From assembly GCA_002269645.1 (NCBI GenBank), contig NIVC01002668.1, positions 62,001-126,000 on the forward strand: 64,000 nt of DNA, in the 5' to 3' direction. Shown here piece by piece: positions 51,639 through 64,000 of the stretch. Position 1 is the stretch's first letter. Every line of letters starts with the position of its first letter. Made by a program: the position numbers and the translations under genes. The notes below the pieces were generated by a model. The model was given only the letters and a program-made list of their open reading frames with translations. It had not been told where the DNA came from and ran no database searches. This stretch comes from Macrostomum lignano (lineage: Eukaryota).

Positions 51639-54600
51639 CTCTGTCTTCCTTAGTGTCTGTGTCTGTCTGCCCTTCTATCTACCTGCCTGTCTTATTTGTC
51701 TTAGTGTGTCTGTCTGTCCGTTCGTCTGTCTGTTAGTGTGTGTGTATTTCTGTCTGCCAGTCTGTGCCAATCTGTACTCGCCTGTGATACCCCTGTCCCG
51801 CACTCCCGTTGGTTCAATGCTCTTATATTTGTCACCTGCGTCGGTGCAGAGGCACTGGGAGACGGCGCGATACTTAAAAGTTCATTTCGCCTTCAGCAGA
51901 AGCTACTGTCTGCTACCTTCTGCTTCCCTCAAGCCAGAAACTGGAGCAGCTGTACTCTTCAATAATAGTGCGTGTATATTTAGGATCAATACTTCTTTAT
52001 ATCTGGCCCCCAATCTCGTGAGATGATAAATTTAATGATAAATAAAGGCCGCAGTCACCCAGTCTGAAATTTCCTATTGTTTACTGAGCGTTAGGTTGTA
52101 GAGGAAATTCGTCTGAATAAGAATTTTTATTAATTCCTTTCGACCGCTTGCACCACTGTGTCTGGATTGCGATTTCCTCTCGTACCAGCGAGTGGGCGTT
52201 CCTGATTGAAGAGCTGCTTTGGCTGGCGGTGAATTAATTGAATGGTGGCCCGTGTTGTTGACTTTGATTTGATTAGTAATTTTTTTTCGAATGCACCGGG
52301 TCCTTGTGTTTGTTCCTGTAAGGATCTGAGAGCTATTTTTGGACACTGCTTCTGACTGTTGACTGTCTTCCCTTTTCCCCAGATCCCAGCTGCTGGCCTG
52401 CTGGGCCAGCCTCCCAGATCCTCAATTGCTGGGCCAGCCTTCCAGAGTGTCAGTTGCTGGGCCAGCCTCCCAGAGTGTCAGTTGCTGGGCCAGCCTCCCA
52501 GAGTGTCAGTTGCTGGGCCACCAGCCTCCCAGATCCTCAGTTGCTGGGCCAGCCTCCCAGATCCTCAGTTGCTGGGCCACCAGCCTCCCAGATCCTCAGT
52601 TGCTGGGCCAGCCTCCCAGATCCCCAGCTGCTGGGCCAGTCTCCCAGATCCTCAGTTGCTGGGTTAGCCTCCCAGAGTGTCAGTTGCTGGGCCACCAGCC
52701 TCCCAGATCCTCAGTTGCTGGGCCAGCCTTCCAGATCCTCAGTTGCTGGGCCACCAGCCTCCCAGATCCTCAGTTGCTGGGCCAGCCTCCCAGATCCCCA
52801 GCTGCTGGGCCAGTCTCCCAGATCCTCAGTTGCTGGGTTAGCCTCCCAGAGTGTCAGTTGCTGGGCCACCAGCCTCCCAGATCCTCAGTTGCTGGGCCAG
52901 CCTCCCAGATCCTCAGTTGCTGGGCCACCAGCCTCCCAGATCCTCAGTTGCTGGGCCAGCCTCCCAGATCCCCAGCTGCTGGGCCAGCCTCCCAGATCCT
53001 CAGTTGCTGAGCCAGCCTCCCAGATCCTCAGTTGCTGGGCCACCAGCCTCCCAGATCCTCAGTTGCTGGGCCAGCCTCCCAGATCCCCAGCTGCTGGGCC
53101 AGCCTCCCAGATCCTCAGTTGCTGAGCCAGCCTCCCAGATCCTCAGTTGCTGGGCCACCAGCCTCCCAGATCCTCAGTTGCTGGGCCAGCCTCCCAGATC
53201 CTCAGTTGCTGAGCCAGCCTCCCAGATCCTCAGTTGCTGGGCCACCAGCCTCCCAGATCCTCAGTTGCTGGGCCAGCCTCCCAAATCCTCAGTCGGGAAG
53301 CTGTCTAAGCGGCAATCGCGCTAAGTGAAATCGATGTTGCTAATATATTCAAATAAATATAGTCTTGCAGAAGTTTCATTCAGAAGGGCCAAGTGTTTTT
53401 TTATAATTTTCAGTTTATCAACCCAATCACGAAAAAACATGCAATTAGGCACCTGCCAATCAAAGCCTTGTGTTTTTCTCTATGCATTTTTGTTTAGAAT
53501 TCTAGGCCAGACTTTTTGTCCGGTTCGAATTGATTCTAATTATTCTGTAGCAGAGGCTTCCTTTTTTAAATCAATTTGTTTGCACTATTTACCTCTGTTT
53601 TTCCCTTTTAGCTCTCTTGGAAATTGCCTACATTTTTATTGCTTATTGATTTTTTCAGTGTAGTGCTCTACAAATCCCTAATGCAGTTCCTACAAATCCC
53701 TAATGCAGTTCCTACAAATCCCTAATGCAGTTCCTACAAATCCCTAATGCAATTCCTACAAATCCCTAGTGCAGTTCCTACAAATCCCTAATGCAGTTCC
53801 TACAAATCCCTAATGCAATTCCTACAAATCCCTAATGCAGTTCCTACAAATCCCTAATGCAGTTCCTACAAATCCCTAATGCAGTTCCTACAAATCCCTA
53901 ATGCAGTTCCTACAAATCCCTAATGCAGTTCCTACAAATCCCTAATGCAGTTCCTACAAATCCCTACTGCAGTTCCTACAAATCCCTAATGCAGTTCCTA
54001 CAAATCCCTAATGCAGTTCCTACAAATCCCTAATGCAGTTCCTACAAATCCCTAATGCAGTTCCTACAAATCCCTAATGCAGTTCCTACAAATCCCTAAT
54101 GCAGTTCCTACAAATCCCTAATGCAGTTTCTACAAATCCCTAATGCAGTTCCTACAAATCCCTAATGCAGTTCCTACAAATCCCTAATGCAGTTTCTACA
54201 AATCCCTAATGCAGTTCCTACAAATCCCTAATGCAGTTCCTACATATCCCTAATGCAGTTCCTACATATCCCTAATGGAATTCCTACAAATCCCTAATGC
54301 AGTTTCTACAAATCTCTAATGCAGTTCCTACAAATCCCTAATGCAGTTCCTACAAATCCCTAATGCAGTTCCTACAAATCCCTAATGCAGTTTCTACAAA
54401 TCCCTAATGCAATTCCTACAAATCCCTAATATAGTTTTCTATAAATCTCTAATGTAGTTCCCTACAAATCCCTAATGTAGAGCCCTACAAATCCCTAATG
54501 TAGCGCCCTACAAATCCCTAATGTAGAGCCCTACAAATCCCTAATGTAGCGCCCTACAGATCCCTAACGTTGCGCCCTACAAATCCCTACAAGTCTAATG

Positions 54601-57600
54601 CAGCCTGAGTGCCCGTGAACGGGAGTAGTGACACCGCACCCCAACCCCATCCCGCAGGCCCTGTTCCCAGAAGACGATCACAAACACGAGCACAAGGAGG
54701 GCGGAGAGTCTGGCGGCCTGGACCACATGGCAACTATGTACCGCTGCCTGACCGCCCTGACTGGCATCTACTGTTTCTTCGTGATCGAGCGAATCACCGT
54801 GCTGTGCCAGAACCGGCGCAGCAGGCGAAGGAGCAGCTCTCGAAGGCCGGTGAGTTGAGAAGAGTTTAGCGGTATTTTCTAACAAAATGTTCAACACTTT
54901 TTGTCTTGGTCACAGCTACACTTTCTAAGCCTTAATGATATCTGCCTATCTATCTGTCCTGTGTTGCTCCAATGCAAAAATTTCAGTTCTCTATCACCGC
55001 TGCACTGGTGCGTTTGAGGCGGATAAAAAAGAATTCGTTTATAAAAAAACAACAGCTAAGAAATTGATCATTTTTAGCTAGAACACAAAACATTCCATAG
55101 CTAATCCTAAATAAGTTACTATTTACACACGAGTTGTAGTTTTGCACTGTTAAATCTTTCTCCTTGTGCTGTGACTCAGTGTTGTGCATTAGATAGTAGG
55201 GGTGATTGATCATCTTAATTTATAAAGCTTGTGTTGTCTTACAATATAGTTTATTTGTTGCAGTATATGAAATATTTAGTTGAATGTTTATTTATCTAGC
55301 ATGATGTTCTGTGTGGTAACTGCGCTGTTTAGTGTGTGTGATTTTTACATATAACTTTCTCACTTACATGAGATAGTGCTCATTTGCATTTAGTTTAGGG
55401 GGCCAGGGGCTTGGGTAGAGAGCGGAGAGTTGGGAGAAGGCGGAGAGGGTAGGGAAAAGGCGGAGAGGGTAGGGAAAGGGCGGAGAGGGTAGGGAAAGGG
55501 CGGAGAGGGTAGGGAAAGGGCGGAGAGGGTAGGGAAAGGCGGAGAGGGTAGGGAAAGGGCGGAGAGGGTAGGGAAAGGGCGGAGAGGGTAGGGAAAGGGC
55601 GGAGAGGGTAGGGAAAGGGCGGAGAGGGTAGGGAAAGGGCGGAGAGGGTAGGGAAAGGGCGGAGAGGGTAGGGAAAGGGCGGAGAGGGTAGGGAAAGGGC
55701 GGAGAGGGTAGGGAAAGGGCGGAGAGGGTAGGGAAAGGGCGGAGAGGGTAGGGAAAGGGCGGAGAGGGTAGGGAAAGGGCGGAGAGGGTAGGGAAAGGGC
55801 GGAGAGGGTAGGGAAAGGGCGGAGAGGGTAGGGAAAGGGCGGAGAGGGTAGGGAAAGGGCGGAGAGGGTAGGGAAAGGGCGGAGAGGGTAGGGAAAGGGC
55901 GGAGAGGGTAGGGAAAGGGCGAAGAGGGTAGGGAAAGGGCGGAGAGGGTAGGGAAAATGCGGAGAGGGTAGGGAAAATTCGGAGAGGGTAGGGAAAGGGC
56001 GGAGAGGGTAGGGAAAGGGCGGAGAGGGTAGGGAAAATGCGGAGAGGGTAGGGAAAATGCGGAGAGGGTAGGGAAAGGGCGGAGAGGGTAGGGAAAATGC
56101 GGAGAGGGTAGGGAAAAGGCGGAGAGGGTAGGGAAAGGGCGGAGAGGGTAGGGAAAGGGCGGAGAGGGTAGGGAAAGGGCGGAGAGGGTAGGGAAAGGGC
56201 GGAGAGGGTAGGGAAAATGCGGAGAGGGTAGGGAAAGGGCGGAGAGGGTAGGGAAAATGCGGAGAGGGTAGGGAAAGGGCGGAGAGGGTAGGGAAAATGC
56301 GGAGAGTGAGCTTTACGACTTTATTTACAGAAGGTGCCGCGGCCAGTGATTTAATTGATAAATCACCACTACGTTCTTAGAATAATTTATTGCTGATCCA
56401 TTTTTAGTCCTGTTGACCGTCCGGGGCAGTCCATCAGCAGCTGATCAACAAGTTGTGTAGAAATTTGCCAGCTAAATATAGAACACTGACTGCCTGCAGA
56501 CCGAGGCTTGCTTATCACCCGGTCCTGTGGAAGAGTGGCTTTTGAAAGCTCAGGCGCCGCTGTCAGCCTCCGCTCCCAACAACCTCCCACAAAAAGATGA
56601 TGGGTTTCGTGAGAAGCCGACTGGAAACAGAGGCGGAGAGATAATGCTCTCGCTAGACAGCTTCTCTTCCTCATCATTCGCGTCACCGAATTCCCGAAAG
56701 GGCTGTCCGAAGAAGACCCTGAATGAGGCATTTCTGCTTTGAAAGAAAGAGTCGATTGGCCTCTTCAATTAGCCGCGTTTGATTGTCTTCTGAGCAGGGG
56801 GGGGGGGCAGCTGCTTATTAGATGGCGAAGGCTTCGAAGGCGGTGTATGAACGCGTCCAACACCCGACACTCCCCTGGTTCGATCTGTGCTCGAAAATTG
56901 GCCTGGAGGTTGTCGTACGGTTCACAGCCGTGAGGGCCTTCAATGGCGTTAATTGCACAAGCAGAGCCAAGCCGAGATTCCAATTTAGCCCCAAAATTAC
57001 TGTGACAGAACTTTAAATCGAGGCCTGGGCGGCTGGCACATCAGAGTCGCACTCCTAATAGATTAGAAAGTTCCCCTCCTGTGCGTATTTGTATTTCTTA
57101 GCAACAGTCAACTTACTCTCGCCTTATGTATTGTATTGAGTTGATTGATTTTGTTTACAAACTTTGCAGCAATCCAATTCTTCCAATGTTGGCGAGAAGT
57201 TGTGCAATCCGTTCCATCGGTCCTATGCCAACCTGACCGGGGGCGCTCAGCGTGAGTTCTGCTCTGCTATCATTAACCTGCTTGCTGCTGGCTTTGGAAT
57301 CCGTCTTTTGAATCCCCCCCCCTGAACCCACTAGAAATCGCCCCCTGACCCCACTAGAAATCGCCCCCTGACCCCACTAGAAATCGCCCCCTGACCCCAC
57401 TAAAAATCGCCCCCTGACCGCACTAAGAATCTCCCTCTGAACCCACTAAAAATCGCCCTCTGACCCCACTAAGAATCGCCCTCTGACCCCACTAAGAATC
57501 GCCCTCTGACCCCACTAAGAATCTCCCACTGACCCCACTAGAAATCGCCCCCTGACCCCACTAAAAATCGCCCCCTGACCGCACTAAGAATCTCCCTCTG

Positions 57601-60600
57601 AACCCACTAAAAATCGCCCTCTGACCCCACTAAGAATCGCCCTCTGATCCCACTAAGAATCGCCCTCTGACCCCACTAAGAATCTCCCACTGACCCCACT
57701 AGAAATCGCCCCCTGACCCCAGTAAGAACCCCCTGACGCCACAAGGAATCGCCCCCTGACGCCACAAAGAATCGCCCCTGACTCCAATAAGAACCGCCCC
57801 CTGACCCCACTACGAATCGCCCCCCTCCCCCCTGACCCCATTAGGAATCGCCTTCTGGCCCCACAAAGAATCGCCCTCTGACCTCATCTTCGCATTGGCT
57901 GGCTTCACCCCGCTGCTCCTCCCCTCCCAGCCGAGTCCGTCATCTGCGAGGCGGCAGCGGCCGCGGCAGCCGAGGCCGCCGAAGCGGCAGCGGACGACCT
58001 GACCGTGGAGTTCCTGCACGACTGCAACCGCTGCACCGCCAACGCAGCCGCTGTAGCCGCGGCCGCCGCCGCCAATGCAGCCGCCAGCGACACCAACGGC
58101 AACAACGGCGGCAGCTGCTTCCGCCGCCTGTCGGCCTGCGGCAGCCCCGACGACAAGCAGCAGCAGCGAAACAATCACCACACCGACAACCAGCACAACG
58201 ATAGCGAGAAACCGAAGGACGCCGGCCCGGCCGCGGTGGCCGCCCAGGAATCCGAGCTCACCAGCCTGTCCACCAACGCCGCTTCCGCCGCCACCGACAG
58301 CGCTGTCGCGGGTAGCCGGGGCGGCCCCGCCGGCAGCACCGCCGCCGCTCTCAGCGTCACCTTCGACGATGACGTTGGCGGCAACGGAGACGACGCCGAC
58401 GAGAGCGAAGGCCGCGGGCACGGGCACGGGCATCACGGGCACTCGCACTCGCACACCACAGTCAGGGCGCTGGCCTGGACTGTCATCATTGGCGACGGGC
58501 TGCACAACTTCTGCGACGGTATGGCGCTTGGCGCGGCGTTCGCCGCCGATGTCGGCTCCGGGGTGTCCACCGCTGTGGCCGTCTTCTGTCACGAGCTGCC
58601 GCACGAGTTGGGCGACTTCGCCGTGCTGCTCCAGGCTGGCATGTCGGTGCGGATGGCCCTGCTGGCGAACCTGGTGTCCAGCCTGGTGTGCCTGCTTGGC
58701 ATGGTCTGTGGTGTGCTGCTCGCCAAGGGTGCCACCAACTGGGTGTTCATGGTGACCGCTGGCATGTTTCTGTACATTGCTCTGGTGGATATGGTGAGCA
58801 GTTCTCAGATCCTTTATAGCTTTAGGTTTGATTGAGGTTTTGATTGAGCTCATGTAGGTTTTGATTGAGCTCATGTAGGTTTTGATTGAGCTCATGTAGG
58901 TTTTGATTGAGCTCATGTAGGTTTTGATTGAGCTCATGTAGGTTTTGATTGAGCTCATGTAGGTTTTGATTGAGCTCATGTAGGTTTTGATTGAGCTCAT
59001 GTAGGTTTTGATTGAGCTCATGTAGGTTTTGATTGAGCTCAAGTAGGTTTTGATTGAGCTCATGTAGGTTTTGATTGAGCTCATGTAGGTTTTGATTGAG
59101 CTCATGTAGGTTTTGATTGAGCTCATGTAGGTTTTGATTCAGCTCATGTAGGTTTTGATTGAGATCATGTGGGTTTTGAAGCAGCTCATGTAGGTTTTGA
59201 AGCAGCTCATGTGGGTTTTGATTGAGCTCATGTAGGTTTTGATTGAGCTCATGTGGGTTTTGAAGCAGCTCATGTAGGTTTTGAAGCAGCTCATGTAGGT
59301 TTTGATTGAGCTCATGTAGGTTTTGATTGAGCTCATGTGGGTTTTGAAGCAGCTCATGTAGGTTTTGAAGCAGCTCATGTAGGTTTTGATTGAGCTCATG
59401 TAGGTTTTGAAGCAGCTCATGTAGGTTTTGAAGCAGCTCATGTAGGTTTTGATTGAGCTCATGTAGGTTTTGAAGCAGCTCATGTAGGTTTTGATTGAGT
59501 TCATGTGGGTTTTGAAGCAGCTCATGTAGGTTTTGATTGAGCTCATGTAGGTTTTGATTGAGCTCATGTGGGTTTTGAAGCAGCTCATGTAGGTTTTGAA
59601 GCAGCTCATGTAGGTTTTGAAGCAGCTCATGTAGGTTTTGATTGAGCTCATGTAGGTTTTGAAGCAGCTCATGTAGGTTTTGAAGCAGCTCATGTAGGTT
59701 TTGATTGAGCTCATGTAGGTTTTGATTGAGCTCATGTAGGTTTTGATTGAGCTCATGTAGGTTTTGATTGAGCTCATGTAGGTTTTGATTGAGCTCATGT
59801 GGGTTTTGAAGCAGCTCATGTAGGTTTTGAAGCAGCTCATGTAGGTTTTGATTGAGCTCATGTAGGTTTTGATTGAGCTCATGTGGGTTTTGAAGCAGCT
59901 CATGTAGGTTTTGAAGCAGCTCATGTAGGTTTTGATTGAGCTCATGTAGGTTTTGATTGAGCTCATGTAGGTTTTGAAGCAGCTCATGTAGGTTTTGATT
60001 GAGCTCATGTGGGTTTTGAAGCAGCTCATGTAGGTTTTGAAGCAGCTCATGTAGGTTTTGATTGAGCTCATGTAGGTTTTGAAGCAGCTCATGTAGGTTT
60101 TGATTGAGCTCATGTAGGTTTTAAAGCAGCTCATGTAGGTTTTGAAGCAGCTCATGTAGGTTTTGAAGCAGCTCATGTAGGTTTTGATTGAGCTCATGTA
60201 GGTTTTGAAGCAGCTCATGTAGGTTTTGATTGAGCTCATGTAGGTTTTGATTGAGCTCATGTGGGTTTTGAAGCAGCTCATGTAGGTTTTGATTGAGCTC
60301 ATGTAGGTTTTGAAGCAGCTCATGTAGGTTTTGATTGAGCTCATGTAGGTTTTGATTGAGCTCATGTGGGTTTTGAAGCAGCTCATGTAGGTTTTGATTG
60401 AGCTCATGTAGGTTTTGAAGCAGCTCATGTAGGTTTTGATTCAGCTCATGTAGGTTTTGATTGAGCTCATGTGGGTTTTGAAGCAGCTCATGTAGGTTTT
60501 GATTGAGCTCATGTAGGTTTTGATTGAGCTCATGTGGGTTTTGAAGCAGCTCATGTAGGTTTTGAAGCAGCTCATGTAGGTTTTGAAGCAGCTCATGTAG

Positions 60601-61421
60601 GTTTTGATTGAGCTCATGTAGGTTTTGATTGAGCTCATGTAGGTTTTGAAGCAGCTCATGTAGGTTTTGATTGAGCTCATGTAGGTTTTGATTGAGCTCA
60701 TGTAGGTTTTGATTGAGCTCATGTAGGTTTTGAAGCAGCTCATGTAGGTTTTGATTGAGCTCATGTAGGTTTTGATTGAGCTCATGTGGGTTTTGAAGCA
60801 GCTCATGTAGGTTTTGAATCAGCTCATGTAGGTTTTGAAGCAGCTCATGTAGGTTTTGATTGAGCTCATGTAGGTTTTGAAGCAGCTCATGTGGGTTTTG
60901 AAGCAGCTCATGTAGGTTTTGATTGAGCTCATGTAGGTTTTAAAGCAGCTCATGTAGGTTTTGATTGAGCTCATGTAGGTTTTAAAGCAGCTCATGTAGG
61001 TTTTGATTGAGCTCATGTGGGTTTTGAAGCAGCTCATGTAGGTTTTGATTGAGCTCATGTAGGTTTTAAAGCAGCTCATGTAGGTTTTGATTGAGCTCAT
61101 GTGGGTTTTGAAGCAGCTCATGTAGGTTTTGATAGAGCTCATGTAGGTTTTAAAGCAGCTCATGTAGGTTTTGATTGAGCTCATGTAGGTTTTGATTCAG
61201 CTCATGTAGGTTTTAAAGCAGCTGTCAGAGACCTGCCTATCCATGGTCTGCGCCCCATCCCCCAATTCCAGATGCCGGAGCTCACCACGGAGAAGTCCTC
61301 GCGCGGCCCCGGACCCTGCGTGGTTTTCTTCTGGCAGAATCTGGGCTTCTTCATCGGCGCGGGGATCATGCTGCTCATATCGCTGTATGAGCACAAGATC
61401 ATCAAGCTGGGGTCTGGCTGA
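46414..61421 (+). CDS. LIV-1 subfamily ZIP zinc transporter (SLC39A6/A10, foi-like), 662 aa
   Basis: Exons 46414..46767, 50191..50538, 54658..54849, 57170..57251, 57931..58793 and 61272..61421 (1989 nt, phases consistent). Signal peptide, His/Glu-rich ectodomain, [22 protein letters not shown] loop, [27 protein letters not shown] and [13 protein letters not shown]. Confidence 0.92.
48190..48505. repeat. (GATA)n microsatellite
   Basis: Long GATA run with GACA and GATG interruptions. Confidence 0.95.
49195..50045. repeat. 20-bp minisatellite (GGGGGTATTAGATGCATCCA grading into GAGGGTATTAAATCGGTTCA)
   Basis: Two related unit types in succession. Confidence 0.92.
50527..51458 (+). repeat. 43-bp minisatellite containing the ZIP exon-2 splice donor
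   Basis: Unit CTGCTGCCTCAT|GTGAGTCTGCGGTTCACCTGTGTGTCTGTGA, about 21 copies. The first copy is the real exon end. Confidence 0.93.
51459..51770. repeat. (CTGT)n-like microsatellite
   Basis: Seen directly. Confidence 0.88.
52376..53292. repeat. 28/31-bp minisatellite (GCCTCCCAGATCCTCAGTTGCTGGGCCA[CCA])
   Basis: About 31 units. Confidence 0.92.
53663..54590. repeat. 22-bp minisatellite (AATCCCTAATGCAGTTCCTACA)
   Basis: About 42 units ending about 65 nt before the ZIP exon-3 acceptor. Confidence 0.93.
55423..56307 (+). repeat. 20-bp G-rich minisatellite (GGAGAGGGTAGGGAAAGGGC)
   Basis: About 44 units, with three GGG tracts per canonical unit. Confidence 0.95.
56935..57050 (-). mobile_element. 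Diverged partial copy of SINE family A (5' part only)
   Basis: Matches TTAATTGCACAAGCAGAGCCAAGCCGAGATTCCAATTTAGCCCCAAA...CTGGCACATCAGAG of copies 1 and 2. The sequence on the tail side is unrelated. Confidence 0.65.
57325..57880. repeat. 23-bp minisatellite (GAATCGCCCTCTGACCCCACTAA)
   Basis: About 24 variant units. Confidence 0.9.
58832..61222. repeat. 21-bp minisatellite with two interspersed variants (GTTTTGATTGAGCTCATGTAG / GTTTTGAAGCAGCTCATGTAG)
   Basis: About 113 units filling the last ZIP intron. Confidence 0.95.
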
Positions 61422-62174
61422 TCAAACAGTCCATGTTGTTTTTTTGTTATCCTTGAATGTAAACTCCTGTTGTTGTCCTTGAACTCTCTGCTCCGCGAGC
61501 TACAATTTTTTGTGCAATTTTTTCATCATATCTTTTTGTTTGTGACACTTTCACTACCTGCTGACTCTGCATTGCCGTTGGCTGTGGGCCCTTGAATCTG
61601 AATGGTCAGGGACCGGCGGCATGATAACACTGTCTGTCAACTTCATTTTGCTTCCAAGTAGCTCTATTTTTTGTCTTCAACCAAAAGTACATATTTGTTA
61701 CCTCGCTTAATGCATACTTATACTGTTTTTTGTCCTCAAATATGCATTCGCCTAATAAATAATAAAGTTCTTATTTGGCTGTTATAGTTGCTATATTGTA
61801 AGGACCATTGATTTCTGTTATTGCATAACAGTTCTTGTTTGCGTGCAATCTGTTAAACATATCCGTTATTGTACACCTCCTATTCTTTATATTCATATAG
61901 CCCTATGTTTAATATCAAGCCGCAGTTCCAATGCACACACAGCTATGTCTAAACTTTTTTCATGTTGTTACTTTTTCAACATTCACGTCTTATTATTCAT
62001 TTATTCTGTCAGTCAGCTCTGGATTCACGTGTTCTTTCACGCTTTCACGTGAGTCATTCAATTCACAGTGAATTTTTGCTGGTTAGCGACTGCAGTTGTT
62101 TGTGGACCCGTTTGCTCAGCCCTGCTGTCTATACTTGATTTTGCCTGGTTGCTAGCTAATAGTGCTCATTATTC

Positions 62175-62835
62175 TCTGCTCACTTCCCATCTTCCTACTT
62201 CCTCACTTCTCATCTCCTCACTTCCCATCCCCTCACTTCCCACCTCCTCACTTCCCATCTCCTCACTTCCCATCTCCTCACTTCCCACCTCCTCACTTCC
62301 CATCTCACCTCCTCACTTCCCATACCATCTCCTCACTTCCCACCTCCTCACTTCCCATCCCATCTCACTTCCCATCCCACATCTCGCTTCCCATCCCATC
62401 TCCTCACTTCCCATCCCACCTCTCACTTCCCATCCCATCTCCTCACTTCCCATCTCCACTTCCCATCTCCTCACTTCCCACCTCCTCACTTCCCATCTCA
62501 CCTCCTCACTTCCCATCCCATCTCCTCACTTCCCATCTCCTCACTTCCCACCTCCTCACTTCCCATCTCACCTCCTCACTTCCCATCCCATCTCCTCACT
62601 TCCCATCTCCTCACTTCTCACCTCCTCACTTCCCATCCCATCTCCTCACTTCCCATCTCCTCACTTCTCACCTCCTCACTTCCCATCCCATCTCCTCACT
62701 TCCCATCTCCTCACTTCCCACCTCCTCACTTCCCATCTCACCTCCTCACTTCCCATCCCATCTCCTCACCCTCCTCACTTCCCATCTCCTCGCTTTCCAT
62801 CCCATCTCACTTCCCATCCCACCCCTCACTTCCCA
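62175..62835. repeat. Pyrimidine-rich 15-20-bp repeat (CTCACTTCCCATCTC)
   Basis: Seen directly. Confidence 0.9.
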
Positions 62836-63429
62836 TCCTCCAGACTTCTCATCCCTTGAGTCCCCAATTACCATCACACTGACTTCCCAATTCTTTAACA
62901 ACTAAGCTACTTTCAAACAATCCAAGTTGCTGTTCTCATAAGCAATCCCTTGTTCGATGTTGTTGGCCTTATTTAACCGGCAATAATATATGTATATATA
63001 ACTGTTTAACAGAACTGTGCTTTTTCCAGTTCTTAATAGCAATTTTCGTTCAATTCAGCTGTGCGCTGTCCAAATTAAACACTTGAGCAGTCCCCAAGTG
63101 TCCTCAGCCGCTGCAACGAGTTGATCGGATCGAGAACCGTTCCGCAACACTGCCTGCGCCCCCTACCCGCTATCCGTATATTCAATGCGCCTTTGCTTTT
63201 ATTGTGTTTGTTCTCTTCTTCAACTGCCGTGTTATTTCGCTTCTATATATATATTCGTATACTACTAAATAAAAATACGTTAATTTCCTGCAATTTTCGT
63301 GCTTTTTTTCTATCATTGTGTGCTCGTGTCCGTGTTCACTTTTTGGAAGCAAAAATTTTGCCGGTGTATTTTTTCCAATTATTTTTTCTAGTTTCTGTGA
63401 CTCCAGATGGCTGGCTTAGGGACCGCGGC

Positions 63430-63714
63430 TTTTTATTAGTAAGTGGGAACTGCTGTGTGCACCTCAGCGCACTCTGCCCATTCCACCGACTCCTGGGCAG
63501 TCATACGCACAGGCACACACTCACACAGAAGTGTACAGCGGCCCTAACTTTATTTATCGTTAGGCATGTACACCTCACTGTGCCTTGGGCACGAGCAGAG
63601 CCTGGCCGAGATTCCAATTTAGATCCAAACTAATGTGACTGCACTTGGAATCGAGCCTGGGCCGCTGGCACATCGGAGCGTCGCGCTGGACCTGGCGGCA
63701 GGCTACGGCCCCCC
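63430..63714 (-). mobile_element. SINE family A, internally deleted and diverged copy
   Basis: Shares GTGTACAGCGGCCCTAACTTTAT and CACTTGGAATCGAGCCTGGG...GCTACGGCCCCCC with copies 1 and 2. Confidence 0.82.
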
Positions 63715-64000
63715 AATTGACCCTATCAGACATCAGTACTAGAACTAAAATCAAACAGATTTCACTCCGTCAAGAGAGTTCATAACTCAGAATTCAGACA
63801 TTTCTCTGTCTGATGCAACCGACCGTATGAATCGTTGATTCGTCAATAGTTATGGATCGTGCATCAGTCGTTGTTTGCAAGTACGAGTATATACTTGTGC
63901 ACATGAAGGGCACATTGATTTGGGTTTGTTTACAGAATTATTGGCCGGATCGGGTTGTCGCATAATTCACAACTATGAGGGTCAATCGCAAAGGCACAGA

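Noticed and set aside
56500-56608. Alternative ZIP exon with the same phases as exon 4
   Set aside because: It has no ZIP similarity, whereas 57170..57251 carries the VGEKL motif. The opposite strand (MKRPIDSFF...) looks more like a transposon remnant. It is not fully excluded without RNA data.
57810-61394. Long minus-strand ORFs (MSSIKTY repeats and antisense to the ZIP exon)
   Set aside because: They are explained by a stop-free 21-bp repeat and by the GC-rich codon usage of the plus-strand ZIP exons.

Overview
This is animal genomic DNA with spliced genes (GT-AG introns, GC-rich exons, introns packed with minisatellites). It is not prokaryotic, and there is no CRISPR array, rRNA or true tRNA gene. 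The style suggests a free-living flatworm such as Macrostomum, but that is inference. From left to right: the 3' end of thymidine phosphorylase; a decayed piggyBac transposase; three tandem minus-strand genes for secreted fibrinogen-related proteins (FReDs), each with two copies of an unrecognised ~125-aa N-terminal domain; a divergently oriented PAN-PAN-FReD gene with a duplicated last exon; ARL3 (-); UNC-50 (+); a probable zeta-tubulin (+); and a LIV-1-type ZIP zinc transporter (+). Mobile DNA includes a foldback element, several MITEs with target-site duplications (TSDs), a four-copy tRNA-derived SINE family and a CORE-SINE. The best leads are (1) the FReD cluster with the new duplicated domain, mosaic paralogues and alternative FReD exons, and (2) intronic minisatellites whose unit is the gene's own splice acceptor (about 60-65 copies) or donor (about 21 copies). 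Exon structures were derived by hand from splice signals, phase consistency and paralogue or orthologue comparison. No database search was run, so novelty is unverified, and repeat edges are approximate.
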